DNA of 55,993 nt from contig JAEYVS010000103.1 of assembly GCA_023429265.1 (NCBI GenBank), positions 1 through 55,993 of the forward strand, read 5' to 3'. How positions within the stretch are numbered: position 1 is the stretch's first letter; each line of letters begins with the position of its first letter. Under the pieces are notes generated by a model. It did no database searches, had not been told where the DNA came from, and worked only from the letters and a program-made list of their open reading frames with translations. Position numbers and translations under genes: made by a program. Origin of the DNA: Bacteroidota bacterium (GTDB lineage Bacteria; Bacteroidota; Ignavibacteria; Tepidaquicellales; Tepidaquicellaceae). Shown piece after piece: positions 40,590-49,989 of the stretch.

Positions 40590-40623
40590 AAATATTAAAT
40601 TGCACAAATATAATAATTTCTCT

Positions 40624-40995
40624 TTAAAAGTGTAAGCCACTTTCACGGGCGCCGTCTGCCAGTGCTTTTACTCTCCCATGATATAAATAGCCATTTCTGT
40701 CAAAAACTACCTTTTCTATATTGGCAGATTTAGCCTTTTCACCTATTAATTTGCCTACTTCTTTACTTCTATCAACTTTACCTTTCGCATTTTTTAGCTT
40801 ATCTTCGATTTCCTTGGAGTTAGAGCTTGCCGATACGATAGTCTTTGAATTTACATCATCCACAAGCTGAGCGTATACGTGATTCAGGCTTCTGAAAACC
40901 ACTAATCTTGGTCTTTCAGCTGTGCCCTGAATTTTCTTCTTTATCCGGAAACGGATCCTGTCTTTTCTTCTTCTGTTATTTTCCTGAAATCCCAT
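40624..40995 (-). CDS. rplR: 50S ribosomal protein L18
   Basis: 123 aa. [20 protein letters not shown]...[24 protein letters not shown]. Confidence 0.95.
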   Translation of the reverse strand: MGFQENNRRRKDRIRFRIKKKIQGTAERPRLVVFRSLNHVYAQLVDDVNSKTIVSASSNSKEIEDKLKNAKGKVDRSKEVGKLIGEKAKSANIEKVVFDRNGYLYHGRVKALADGARESGLHF

Positions 40996-41006
40996 TACTT
41001 TAACCT

Positions 41007-41546
41007 TTATTTAGCTGCAGTTTTACCTGCTTTTCTTCTAATTACCTCGTCGCTGTACTTAATTCCTTTACCTTTGTAAGGCTCCGGTGGTCTGAATGAC
41101 CTTATTTTTGCGGCAACAAGTCCGACTAATTGCTTATCTACTCCGCTGATAAGGATAGTTGTATTATCTTTTGCCTCTATCGTTATTCCATCAGGTGCTG
41201 CGAATATTATTGGGTGTGAATATCCTACATAAAGAAATAGATTCGTTCCCTTTATCTCAGCTTTATAACCTACTCCTACAAGATTTAATGTCTTTGAGTA
41301 ACCATCCTTAATACCCGTTACCATATTCTGCAATAGAGACCTGTACAAACCGTGTAATGCCCTGTTCTCTCTTGAATCATTTGCTCTGGTAACTATGATC
41401 TCTTCATCTTTCACATCGACTGAAATACCGCCTTTGATGTCCAGCATTAAAGTGCCTTTAGGACCTGTAAGCTCGATGTGCTTATCTTCGGTTTTTACCT
41501 GGATGTCACCTGCTATTTGTATTGGCTTCTTGCCTATTCTACTCAT
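41007..41546 (-). CDS. rplF: 50S ribosomal protein L6
   Basis: 179 aa. MSRIGKKPI...; the two-domain L6 pattern and [11 protein letters not shown]. Confidence 0.95.
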   Translation of the reverse strand: MSRIGKKPIQIAGDIQVKTEDKHIELTGPKGTLMLDIKGGISVDVKDEEIIVTRANDSRENRALHGLYRSLLQNMVTGIKDGYSKTLNLVGVGYKAEIKGTNLFLYVGYSHPIIFAAPDGITIEAKDNTTILISGVDKQLVGLVAAKIRSFRPPEPYKGKGIKYSDEVIRRKAGKTAAK

Positions 41547-41576
41547 CTTTTATAAATTTTTCTCTTTTATTAATGA

Positions 41577-41975
41577 CTACCAGACTTCACAGATTACTTC
41601 ACCGCCAACATTATTTTTCCGTGCCTGTTTATCGGTCATTACACCTCTAGAAGTTGAGACTATTGCCATTCCAAGACCGTTTAAAACCCTGGGAATTTCA
41701 TCTTTATTGACATATCTTCTCAGCCCTGGGGTGCTGGCTCTCTTTAAGCCCGCTATAACACTCTTACCGTTCCTATACTTCAGGTATACGGATATTGCGC
41801 CTTGCTTATTGTCGGTTTCATTCACTTTAAAATCAGTGATGAAATTATTTTCCTTTAATATCCTGGCTAATTCTTTTTTCAAATTCGATGCCGGTATATC
41901 AACGACTTTCTTCTCAGCCTTGATGGCGTTGCGTACTCTCGTTAAAAAATCGGCTATTGGATCTGACATCGACAT
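41577..41975 (-). CDS. rpsH: 30S ribosomal protein S8
   Basis: 132 aa. [13 protein letters not shown]...GGEVICEVW. Confidence 0.95.
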   Translation of the reverse strand: MSMSDPIADFLTRVRNAIKAEKKVVDIPASNLKKELARILKENNFITDFKVNETDNKQGAISVYLKYRNGKSVIAGLKRASTPGLRRYVNKDEIPRVLNGLGMAIVSTSRGVMTDKQARKNNVGGEVICEVW

Positions 41976-42000
41976 TAGTTATTCCTCTTACTTTATTGTT

Positions 42001-42270
42001 TTACCAGCTTGATTTTACTACACCCGGCAGTTTTCCCTGCAGAGCAAACTCTCTTAATACCAGCCTCGATACGCCAAACTTTCTGTAATAAGACCTTACT
42101 CTTCCTGTCACCATGCATCTGTTATTCATCCTGCTTGGACTGCTGTTTCTTGGAAGTTTTTGCAGGCCTTCATAGTCACCTTTTTCTTTCAGTTCTTTTC
42201 TCTTTGCAGCATATTTGGCTGTAAGCTTTTCTCTTTTTGCCTGCCTTGCTAATAATGATTTTCTTGCCAT
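42001..42270 (-). CDS. rpsN: 30S ribosomal protein S14 (long, non-zinc form)
   Basis: 89 aa. ...[39 protein letters not shown]. Confidence 0.95.
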   Translation of the reverse strand: MARKSLLARQAKREKLTAKYAAKRKELKEKGDYEGLQKLPRNSSPSRMNNRCMVTGRVRSYYRKFGVSRLVLREFALQGKLPGVVKSSW

Positions 42271-42271
42271 T

Positions 42272-42952
42272 TTATTCTTGTGTTGCTTTTGTTTGTCTTG
42301 TTACAAAGGGTACACCGAATGCTTTTAAAAGCTCAAATGATTCTTCATCTGTTTTTGCATTCGTTACAAATGTAATATCCATTCCGCTTACCTTGGTCAC
42401 TTTGTCGACATCTATCTCCGGAAAAATTATATGCTCTTTAATACCTAGAGTATAATTACCTCTTCCATCGAAACTCTTATCGGAGAGTCCTCTAAAATCC
42501 CTGATCCTCGGAACCGCAATGTTTATGAACCTGTCAAGGAATTCATACATTCTTTCATTTCTCAATGTAACCTTTACACCAATGCTCATTCCTTCTCTAA
42601 GCTTAAAGTTAGACACCGATTTTTTTGCCTTCACCACAACAGGCATTTGCCCGGTAATGGTTGCAATATCATCAACTGTTTTATCCACAAGCTTAGGATC
42701 ATTAACTGCTTCACCGACTCCAACATTAATACAGATTTTTTGCAGCTTTGGAGCCTGCATTGTATTCTTATAGTTAAACTTCTTAATCAGTTCAGGGACT
42801 ACCTTCTCTTTATATCGTCCATAAAGTCTTGCAGGAACCTTCTCCTCAACAAAGTCGCCTTTGTCCTGTTTTGGCTTCTTGCTTTCTTTGGCTTCTGCCT
42901 TAGCCTTAGGCTGTTCCTGTCCTTTTTTTCTGTCTTCTTTAGTTTTAGCCAT
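42272..42952 (-). CDS. rplE: 50S ribosomal protein L5, with ~40-aa Lys-rich N-terminal extension
   Basis: 226 aa. The L5 core begins at [30 protein letters not shown]. No in-frame alternative ATG/GTG/TTG lies before the core. Confidence 0.9.
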   Translation of the reverse strand: MAKTKEDRKKGQEQPKAKAEAKESKKPKQDKGDFVEEKVPARLYGRYKEKVVPELIKKFNYKNTMQAPKLQKICINVGVGEAVNDPKLVDKTVDDIATITGQMPVVVKAKKSVSNFKLREGMSIGVKVTLRNERMYEFLDRFINIAVPRIRDFRGLSDKSFDGRGNYTLGIKEHIIFPEIDVDKVTKVSGMDITFVTNAKTDEESFELLKAFGVPFVTRQTKATQE

Positions 42953-42975
42953 TGTTATAAGTTACGCTTCTTTTG

Positions 42976-43308
42976 TTAGCTTAATATAATTTCACCTGAC
43001 TGCTTACTTACTCTCATTCTTTTAGTCTTTCCGTTTTCATCTTTTATCACTTCAGAACCAATTCTTGTCGGCTTGTTCGTCTTTGGACACACAAGCATCA
43101 CATTCGAAATATTAATGGGGGCTTCCCTTTTTATGATACCGCCTTGTTGATTTTTCTGGTTGGGCTTTGTGTGTCTGTGCATTATATTTACACCTTCCAC
43201 TATTACTCTGCCCTTTTCCTTATTGAGAAATAATATCTTACCGGTAGCTCCTCTGGAGTTACCTGCTATTACCTCTACATTATCACCTTTTTTTAATCTC
43301 GTCTTCAT
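42976..43308 (-). CDS. rplX: 50S ribosomal protein L24
   Basis: 110 aa. KOW motif KKGDNVEVIAGNSRGATGKI. Confidence 0.95.
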   Translation of the reverse strand: MKTRLKKGDNVEVIAGNSRGATGKILFLNKEKGRVIVEGVNIMHRHTKPNQKNQQGGIIKREAPINISNVMLVCPKTNKPTRIGSEVIKDENGKTKRMRVSKQSGEIILS

Positions 43309-43326
43309 TGTCGTTATTTAAAATCT

Positions 43327-43695
43327 TTATATTACTTCCGGTGCAAGGGAAATGATCTTCATGAACTGCTTTTCCCTCAGCTCTCTTGCTACAGGACCGA
43401 AAATCCTGGTGCCTTTTGGTTCGTTCTGGTTATTTATAAGCACTGCTGCATTCTCATCAAATTTTATGTAGCTTCCGTCTCTTCTTCTTTTTTCTTTTGC
43501 TGTCCTTACTATTACAGCTCTTGAAACTTCACCTTTCTTTACCGTACCGCCCGGGATAGCCGTCTTAACAGATACAACTATTATATCTCCTAATGAAGCA
43601 TACCTTTTACCCGATCCGCCAAGCACTCTTATACATCTAATCGCTTTTGCGCCCGAATTATCAGCTACCACCAGATTTGTTTCTTCCTGTATCAT
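43327..43695 (-). CDS. rplN: 50S ribosomal protein L14
   Basis: 122 aa. [17 protein letters not shown]...[11 protein letters not shown]. Confidence 0.95.
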   Translation of the reverse strand: MIQEETNLVVADNSGAKAIRCIRVLGGSGKRYASLGDIIVVSVKTAIPGGTVKKGEVSRAVIVRTAKEKRRRDGSYIKFDENAAVLINNQNEPKGTRIFGPVARELREKQFMKIISLAPEVI

Positions 43696-43719
43696 TGTCT
43701 ATTATATACTAAAAATTAT

Positions 43720-44082
43720 TTATTTCGCTTTTTGAACTACCTCAACAAGTCTCCATCTCTTATTCTTACTGAGTGGTCTTGTTTCCATTATTTTCACAGT
43801 ATCACCTATTCCGCATTCATTCTTCTCGTCGTGAGCCATATACTTCTTAGTCTTTTTAAAGAACTTCTTATATATTCTGTGTTTAACTCTTCTTTCGATG
43901 GTTACCACAATGGATTTATCCATTTTATTGCTTACGACTTTCCCTACCCTGGTCTTTCTCATTCCTCTTTCGCCGGCAGTTTCTTCAGCCGAAGTCTCTG
44001 TCACCACAGACTCACTCTTAACTTCCGGTGTTTCCTGCACCTGCTCTTCCTGTAAACCTTCTGTTTTATTCTCTTCGCTCAT
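43720..44082 (-). CDS. rpsQ: 30S ribosomal protein S17, possibly with a ~40-aa acidic N-terminal extension
   Basis: 120 aa as the longest ORF. The S17 core begins at [20 protein letters not shown] (internal Met at 43962). The long form starts 10 nt after the rpmC stop, so tight operon spacing favours it. Confidence 0.85.
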   Translation of the reverse strand: MSEENKTEGLQEEQVQETPEVKSESVVTETSAEETAGERGMRKTRVGKVVSNKMDKSIVVTIERRVKHRIYKKFFKKTKKYMAHDEKNECGIGDTVKIMETRPLSKNKRWRLVEVVQKAK

Positions 44083-44092
44083 TTATAAAATG

Positions 44093-44323
44093 TTATTTGC
44101 TTTCTTTTTTGCTTTTGTCAAGCCTCTCATTAATGCCCATTGCTCGCTCTTTTAGAATGGTTTTCATTTTCGCAATGTCGAGCCTGGTATTTTTCACAGC
44201 TTTGAAGTTCTCAAGCTGGCTTGTAGCGTGTTGGAATCTGTAATTTAGCAGAGCTTCCTGCGCCTGTTGGAGTTCATTCTCTATGTCCGTGGTGGACATC
44301 TCTCTATATTGATATGTCTTCAT
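44093..44323 (-). CDS. rpmC: 50S ribosomal protein L29
   Basis: 76 aa. LLNYRFQHATSQLENFKAVKNTRLDIAKMKTIL. Confidence 0.9.
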   Translation of the reverse strand: MKTYQYREMSTTDIENELQQAQEALLNYRFQHATSQLENFKAVKNTRLDIAKMKTILKERAMGINERLDKSKKESK

Positions 44324-44324
44324 C

Positions 44325-44738
44325 TTACTTGTCTGTTCTTTCTACAAATTTTGTTTTTATCGGGAGCTTGCTTGATGCCAATCTGAAGGCTTCCCTGGCA
44401 ATCGCTTCGGGCACTCCATCAGCTTCAAACATTATTCTGCCCGGTTTTATTACAGCCACCCAGTACTCGGGAGCTCCTTTACCTTTACCCATACGGGTTT
44501 CAGCAGGCTTCTTTGTTACCGGTTTATCCGGAAATATTCTTATCCATACTTTCCCATCCCTTTTCATAAACCTTGTCAATGCCACCCTTGCGGCTTCTAT
44601 CTGTCTCGATGTGAGCTTGCCGCGCTCCATTGCTTTTAGACCAAATGCACCAAAATCCACGCTGAACCCGCGAGTTGCATTTCCGCGGTTTCGGCCCTTC
44701 TGCATTTTTCTGAATTTTACCCTTTTGGGCATTAACAT
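44325..44738 (-). CDS. rplP: 50S ribosomal protein L16
   Basis: 137 aa. [16 protein letters not shown]...[20 protein letters not shown]. Confidence 0.95.
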   Translation of the reverse strand: MLMPKRVKFRKMQKGRNRGNATRGFSVDFGAFGLKAMERGKLTSRQIEAARVALTRFMKRDGKVWIRIFPDKPVTKKPAETRMGKGKGAPEYWVAVIKPGRIMFEADGVPEAIAREAFRLASSKLPIKTKFVERTDK

Positions 44739-44777
44739 AATACTATCCTCGTATCTTTATAAACTTTGTAATACTGA

Positions 44778-45422
44778 TTATTGTTGATAATTCATTTTTG
44801 TTAACTTCTCACCCCTGCAGATCCAAACCTTAACTCCAATTATACCATAAACTGTCTGTGCTTGCACAGATGCATAATCTATGTCAGCTCTCAGTGTCTG
44901 GAGAGGAATTCTTCCCTCTTTATACTGCTCGGTTCTGGCTATTTCAGTACCGCCTAATCTTCCTGCACACATTACTTTAATTCCTTCTGCGCCCATTCTC
45001 ATAGAAGATGTGATTGCGCCCTTCATTGCCCTTCTGAATGCCACCCTGTTTGAGATCTGGTTTGCAATGTTTTCAGCAACCAGCCTCGCACTGAGCTCAG
45101 GCTTCTTTATTTCGAATACGTTTATCTTTACATCCTTATTGGTGATCTTCTTGATCTCGCTCTCAAGCTGTGAAATTTCTTTACCGCTTTTTCCGATTAC
45201 GAAGCCGGGTCTTGATGTATGGATGGTCAGCGTTATCTTTTTGAGAGTTCTCTCAATCGCAACTTTAGCAACTCCTGCTTTCTCTAACCTCTTTCTGAGG
45301 TAACCCCTGATTAACAGGTCTTCCTGAAGCTTCTTTGAAAAATCTTTTTCGTCATACCAGTTAGAGTCCCAGGTGTTTATCACCCCAAGTCTAAAACCTA
45401 CCGGATGTGTCTTCTGTCCCAA
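44778..45422 (-). CDS. rpsC: 30S ribosomal protein S3
   Basis: 214 aa. [13 protein letters not shown]...; KH domain and [12 protein letters not shown]. Confidence 0.95.
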   Translation of the reverse strand: MGQKTHPVGFRLGVINTWDSNWYDEKDFSKKLQEDLLIRGYLRKRLEKAGVAKVAIERTLKKITLTIHTSRPGFVIGKSGKEISQLESEIKKITNKDVKINVFEIKKPELSARLVAENIANQISNRVAFRRAMKGAITSSMRMGAEGIKVMCAGRLGGTEIARTEQYKEGRIPLQTLRADIDYASVQAQTVYGIIGVKVWICRGEKLTKMNYQQ

Positions 45423-45440
45423 ATTATTCTTTAGTTAGTT

Positions 45441-46067
45441 TTATTTGTTTTCTATTGTTTCGTCTTCTTCAGCTTCTGCTTCATCTTCGTCATCAGCTTG
45501 CTTTTTATCAGCTTTTTCTTCAGCTACGGTATTCTCGTCTTCCGCATCCTCGATTTCTTCTACTTCTTCATCTTCTATGTCCTCTTCAGCCTCTTCTTTT
45601 ACTTTTTCCTTCTTTGCCTTTACAGTGGATTTCTTCTTAGCTGTTTTCTTAGGAGCTTTTTTCTCCTCTACTGCTTCCTCTGTATCTTCTTCAATTTCCA
45701 CTTCTTCGTCTAAAACTTCCTCTTCTTCGCCGTTGCTTACTACAACAGTAAGGTGAGCTGTTCTTTTTCTAATCCTGAAAGCTCTGCCCTGTGGCGCGGG
45801 TAATATTCTTTTATATGAAGGTCCGCCATCTACGAAGATCTCACTTATGAAAACTTCGTCCTGTCCGATCCTGCCTGTGTCAAGCTTATTGATCAGATTA
45901 TTATATGCAGAAACAACTGTCTTCTCAATTATGTCTGATGAATGGCTCTTTGAAAACTTTAATATTGCCACAGCATCCTGAACAGTTTGATTTCTAACCA
46001 GGTCTGCTGAGAGCCTCATCTTACGGGGTGAACCCTTTGAATATCTTTTAATAGCCCTTGCTTCCAT
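45441..46067 (-). CDS. rplV: 50S ribosomal protein L22, with ~95-aa Glu/Asp/Lys-rich C-terminal extension
   Basis: 208 aa. The L22 core ([25 protein letters not shown]...RIRKRTAHLTVVVS) is followed in frame by GEEEEVLDEEVEIEED...DEDEAEAEEDETIENK. Confidence 0.9.
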   Translation of the reverse strand: MEARAIKRYSKGSPRKMRLSADLVRNQTVQDAVAILKFSKSHSSDIIEKTVVSAYNNLINKLDTGRIGQDEVFISEIFVDGGPSYKRILPAPQGRAFRIRKRTAHLTVVVSNGEEEEVLDEEVEIEEDTEEAVEEKKAPKKTAKKKSTVKAKKEKVKEEAEEDIEDEEVEEIEDAEDENTVAEEKADKKQADDEDEAEAEEDETIENK

Positions 46068-46348
46068 TATCTGCCCTTCTCCTCTTTCCTCTGTCCTGAA
46101 TGAGCCCTGAATGTCCTTGTTTGCGCAAACTCACCTAATTTATGGCCTATCATATTTTCTGAAACGTAAACCGGAATGAATTTATTTCCGGTGTGAACTG
46201 CAAACGTGTGCCCTATGAATTCAGGGATTACCGTGCATGCTCTTGACCAGGTCTTGATTACCTTCTTTTGATTTTGCTCGTTAAGTTTTTCAACTTTCTC
46301 GACAAGCTTGTAATCTACGTGTGGTCCTTTTTTAAGTGATCGGGTCAT
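46067..46348 (-). CDS. rpsS: 30S ribosomal protein S19
   Basis: 93 aa. [12 protein letters not shown]...[29 protein letters not shown]. Confidence 0.95.
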   Translation of the reverse strand: MTRSLKKGPHVDYKLVEKVEKLNEQNQKKVIKTWSRACTVIPEFIGHTFAVHTGNKFIPVYVSENMIGHKLGEFAQTRTFRAHSGQRKEEKGR

Positions 46349-46362
46349 TATACTTTATTGTG

Positions 46363-47184
46363 TTACTTTCTCTTTTTAACTATAAACTTGCTTGATAACT
46401 TCTTCTTCTTTCTTGTCTTCAATCCCTTAGCAGGCAGTCCCCACGGACTTACTGGATGTCCGCCGCCTGAAGTTTTACCTTCACCGCCGCCCATCGGGTG
46501 ATCCACAGGATTCATCGCAACCCCTCTTGTTTGAGGTCTTATACCTAACCATCTTGACCGTCCGGCTTTACCGTAACTTATGTTCTCGTGATCTATGTTG
46601 CTGACTACTCCAATAGTTGCTTTGCAGTTACTGAGGATCATTCTTACTTCACCTGATGGAAGTTTTACCTGGCAGTACTGCTTATCTTTTGCAACGAGCT
46701 GCGCGGAGTTTCCTGCGCTTCTTGCAATTTGACCGCCTTTGCCCGGCTTTAATTCCACGTTATGAATGAATGTTCCAACAGGTATGCTCTTAAGCTCTAT
46801 TGTGTTACCCGGCTTAAGGTCTGCATCATTTGAAGACTTAATCTTATCTCCGACTTTTATTTCGTGCGGAGCAATGATATATGCTTTTTCACCATCTTGA
46901 TATTGTACCAACGCAATTCGTGAAGTCCTGTTCGGATCGTATTCGATCGCGATCACTTCAGCCACGCCTTCTTTCACTCTCTTAAAATCTATTATTCTAT
47001 ATCTTCTCTTATGACCGCCGCCTCTATGACGAGAGGTTATTCTACCGAGATTATTTCTTCCACCTGATTTCTTTAACGGTTTCGTTAACGATTTTTCAGG
47101 CTCGGTTTTAGTGATCTCCTCAAAACTTGAGATCGAATAATAACGAGTCGCCGGAGTATTTGGTTTGAGTTTCTTTAACGCCAT
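46363..47184 (-). CDS. rplB: 50S ribosomal protein L2
   Basis: 273 aa. [22 protein letters not shown]...[18 protein letters not shown]. Confidence 0.95.
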   Translation of the reverse strand: MALKKLKPNTPATRYYSISSFEEITKTEPEKSLTKPLKKSGGRNNLGRITSRHRGGGHKRRYRIIDFKRVKEGVAEVIAIEYDPNRTSRIALVQYQDGEKAYIIAPHEIKVGDKIKSSNDADLKPGNTIELKSIPVGTFIHNVELKPGKGGQIARSAGNSAQLVAKDKQYCQVKLPSGEVRMILSNCKATIGVVSNIDHENISYGKAGRSRWLGIRPQTRGVAMNPVDHPMGGGEGKTSGGGHPVSPWGLPAKGLKTRKKKKLSSKFIVKKRK

Positions 47185-47219
47185 TTTTGCTTATACCTAT
47201 CCAAAATTTGACAAACACA

Positions 47220-47248
47220 AAAATACCGATTCTAGCCGCAAAAGTCAA
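47220..47248 (-). promoter_or_regulatory. Candidate sigma70-like promoter for the rplB-led operon
   Basis: The minus strand reads TTGACT-17 nt-TATTTT. The -10 element ends 36 nt upstream of the rplB ATG. This is a motif match only, and promoter consensus in this lineage is uncertain. Confidence 0.3.
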
Positions 47249-47596
47249 CATAAGAAACTACTCAAATTACTAACCTTTAGAACACTGAATGATGTAATGT
47301 GCCCCTTCACCCAAAGTTCCATTACTGAGTGTAAATGAATAACTTATGCTTAATTAATTGGAAATTATTGATTTGTGGTTGCAAAAGGATATGTCAAAGT
47401 GTTAAAAAAAAGCAGAAAAAACGATCTTACCGGTTCAATAAAAACACCATTCGTATAATTAATAATTATCCCATTAATTGAACCGATAGTTTATACAAGG
47501 AGTTAACAATTCGCTGCATCGACCGACACACCAGCGTATGACAGGGATCACAATTATCAGTGTCCCATAGATCTTCACATTCCGCGCCGGAATTCC

Positions 47597-47848
47597 TCAT
47601 TTTACCAGTACCATCCTTTTGGTTTCGATGAAGTTTTCGGATTCGAGCTTATAGAAGTATACTCCGCTGGGAAGATTTATTCCGTTCCATTCATATTCGT
47701 AAGTGCCGGGATTTAATTTTTCATTAACTAGTGTTGCTACTTCCCGTCCAAGCATATCATACACCTTCAGCTTCGCGAGTGATTCTTTTGGGATGTCGAA
47801 TTTTATTTTTGTAGAGGGGTTGAATGGGTTTGGGTAGTTTTGGTGGAG
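47597..47848 (-). repeat. CTD-module repeat copy 1 (coding)
   Basis: About 250 bp that aligns without gaps to the copies at 49738, 51360, 52610 and 54676. Begins TCATTTTACCAGTACCATCC. Confidence 0.85.
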
Positions 47849-49741
47849 GTGAGGAGATGTTGGAGTTTCGAAAGAAATATTATTAATCCCTACATTTTGA
47901 TCTACATTAGTTAGAACTAATCCATTCAATCCAAACAACCATCCATCGCCATTATCTTTGAAATAATAATTTGAAAGTAGTCCCCCTGAATATTGCATCA
48001 TGCTATAATTTAAACCACCATCATTTGTTTTTCCCAAATCACTTCCTGTCCATAAGTACCCTTTATTAATATCAATAAAATGCATTTTTCTAAAGGAAGG
48101 TGGTCCTGAAAGATTGCTATTATATGATACCGAATTCCAACTAGAGCCTCCATTTGAGGATTTCAGAAACTCACCGTGATACCAGGTATATTGAGCGTGT
48201 GTGGTTGAACCCCAAAGATAAACAAAAATATTATTTTCATCATATGGAGTTATACTTGCAATTCTATAATCCCCATTATGAGAAGAATTAATATTAAGTT
48301 GATTCCAGCTTAAACCTCCATTTGTTGTTTTAAAAAATCTACAGTAATATGTTGCAATAAATCCCGTATTGGAGTTTAAAAAATGTATGTTAGTGATTTG
48401 ATAATTATTAAAAGTAGTATCCTTTTCCAGATTATGCATAATCCAGTTATCTCCGCCATTTGTAGTTTTTAAAACCTTCCCTCCCCAACCCGTGCCACCA
48501 ATATAACCTGTGTCACGGGATGGGAAATCCATACAATTAGAAACTACAACATTCGATGTATCCCAATTAGAACCTTTATCAGTAGATCTAAAAAACTTAT
48601 TGGATAATAAATAAACCGTGCTCTCCTCAAATGCTTCTATTCCTTTAATAGGACCCGGAGCAAGCAACTGAGTATTCTTTTGCCCGTAGTTGTCCATTCT
48701 ATACAAAATATTATTAGCATTTACATAGAATTCCCTCCCGTTGGGAGTTGCACCTGAATTAATTTTATAAGGGAATGGGTAGATTTCTTTATACCAATTG
48801 GTACCGCCATTAGTTGTTTTTACCAATGAGCCAGAACTTATACAGGCCCAACCGAGATTGTCATCCGAGAAATAGATGGATTTAATCTTACTGCCAATAA
48901 ATCCTTGCGAGGTCCAGTTGGCTCCCCCGGTTGTAGTTTTATAAATATTTCCAAGGGTACTCCCAAACCAACCGGTTAAGGAGTTTAAAAAGAAGACAGA
49001 TTTTACTGGTGTGGGAACGTTTGCCTGGATCCAGGAAATACCTCCGTCGGTTGTTCTCATTGATTTTGAACCATCACTAAAGAGCCAGCCATGCAAACCA
49101 TCAATAAATTTGATGTCCACAATACGACTTATGGTATTTAGATAGAGAGGATCCCAGTTTGATCCGCCATTGGTAGTTTTTAGAATATAATTAGAACTTT
49201 CACTTTGGTGATATGGTGTAGAAAAACCTTTTAAAGAGTCAAACATGTGAATTGAGGTTATCTTTGGCGACGGGATAGTAGTTTGTTTGGTCCATGTTGC
49301 TCCGTTTGTAGTTTTAATAATAAAATAATTATTGAGCTCAGAACCCACTATCCATCCGGTGAACCTATTTGTATACATTATATCTTCAAAATGTGTATTA
49401 GGAAAATATGTAAGCCCTCTGGTTCCCCAACTCTCTCCTCCATTTTGTGAATAATAGTAAGAAAGATTATTTACAGAATCATCTTGAATTGCATACCCAT
49501 ATGATTGATCAATATACATAGGCTCTTTTGGGTTAATAATACCCGGCATCCATACCCATTTTCCATTAAAATATTTATATGAAATTTCTTTTCCGTAAAT
49601 ATATCCTTTATCGGTATCAGTGAATGACATATTGACAAATTCAGAAGTCTTGAACAACAATTTAAAGTTATCAATGCCTTGGGCAAAAGCATTGCCTGCT
49701 GCTGCGATAAAAATAATAAATATAAATATCCTTTTCCTCAT
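47597..49741 (-). CDS. Ycf48/BNR-like beta-propeller repeat protein with T9SS C-terminal sorting domain (array gene 5)
   Basis: 714 aa. Signal peptide, many repeats of the type KTTNGG.NW / STDKGSNW / TTDGGISW, and CTD QNYPNPFNPSTKIKFDIP...ETKRMVLVK. Confidence 0.75.
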   Translation of the reverse strand: MRKRIFIFIIFIAAAGNAFAQGIDNFKLLFKTSEFVNMSFTDTDKGYIYGKEISYKYFNGKWVWMPGIINPKEPMYIDQSYGYAIQDDSVNNLSYYYSQNGGESWGTRGLTYFPNTHFEDIMYTNRFTGWIVGSELNNYFIIKTTNGATWTKQTTIPSPKITSIHMFDSLKGFSTPYHQSESSNYILKTTNGGSNWDPLYLNTISRIVDIKFIDGLHGWLFSDGSKSMRTTDGGISWIQANVPTPVKSVFFLNSLTGWFGSTLGNIYKTTTGGANWTSQGFIGSKIKSIYFSDDNLGWACISSGSLVKTTNGGTNWYKEIYPFPYKINSGATPNGREFYVNANNILYRMDNYGQKNTQLLAPGPIKGIEAFEESTVYLLSNKFFRSTDKGSNWDTSNVVVSNCMDFPSRDTGYIGGTGWGGKVLKTTNGGDNWIMHNLEKDTTFNNYQITNIHFLNSNTGFIATYYCRFFKTTNGGLSWNQLNINSSHNGDYRIASITPYDENNIFVYLWGSTTHAQYTWYHGEFLKSSNGGSSWNSVSYNSNLSGPPSFRKMHFIDINKGYLWTGSDLGKTNDGGLNYSMMQYSGGLLSNYYFKDNGDGWLFGLNGLVLTNVDQNVGINNISFETPTSPHLHQNYPNPFNPSTKIKFDIPKESLAKLKVYDMLGREVATLVNEKLNPGTYEYEWNGINLPSGVYFYKLESENFIETKRMVLVK

Positions 49742-49989
49742 TTTACCAATACCATCCTTTTAGTTTCAATAAAGTTTTCAGATTCGAGCTTATAGAAATA
49801 TACTCCGCTTGGGAGGTTTACTCCGTTCCATTCGTATTCGTATGTGCCGGGATTTAATTTATCATTTACCAGCTCCGCCACTTCCCGTCCGAGCATATCA
49901 TAGATTTTCAATTTCACGAGTGATCCTTTTGGGATATCAAATTTTATTTTAGTGGAAGGGTTGAACGGGTTCGGGTAGTTTTGGGATAA
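49738..49989 (-). repeat. CTD-module repeat copy 2 (coding)
   Basis: Begins TCATTTTACCAATACCATCC and is colinear with the other four copies. Confidence 0.85.

Noticed and set aside
45441-45755. GAA/GAT/AAG-rich low-complexity DNA, considered as a non-coding microsatellite or tandem repeat
   Set aside because: There is no strict repeat period. The tract is in frame with rplV and ends at a stop codon just before rpsC, so it is treated as a coding extension.
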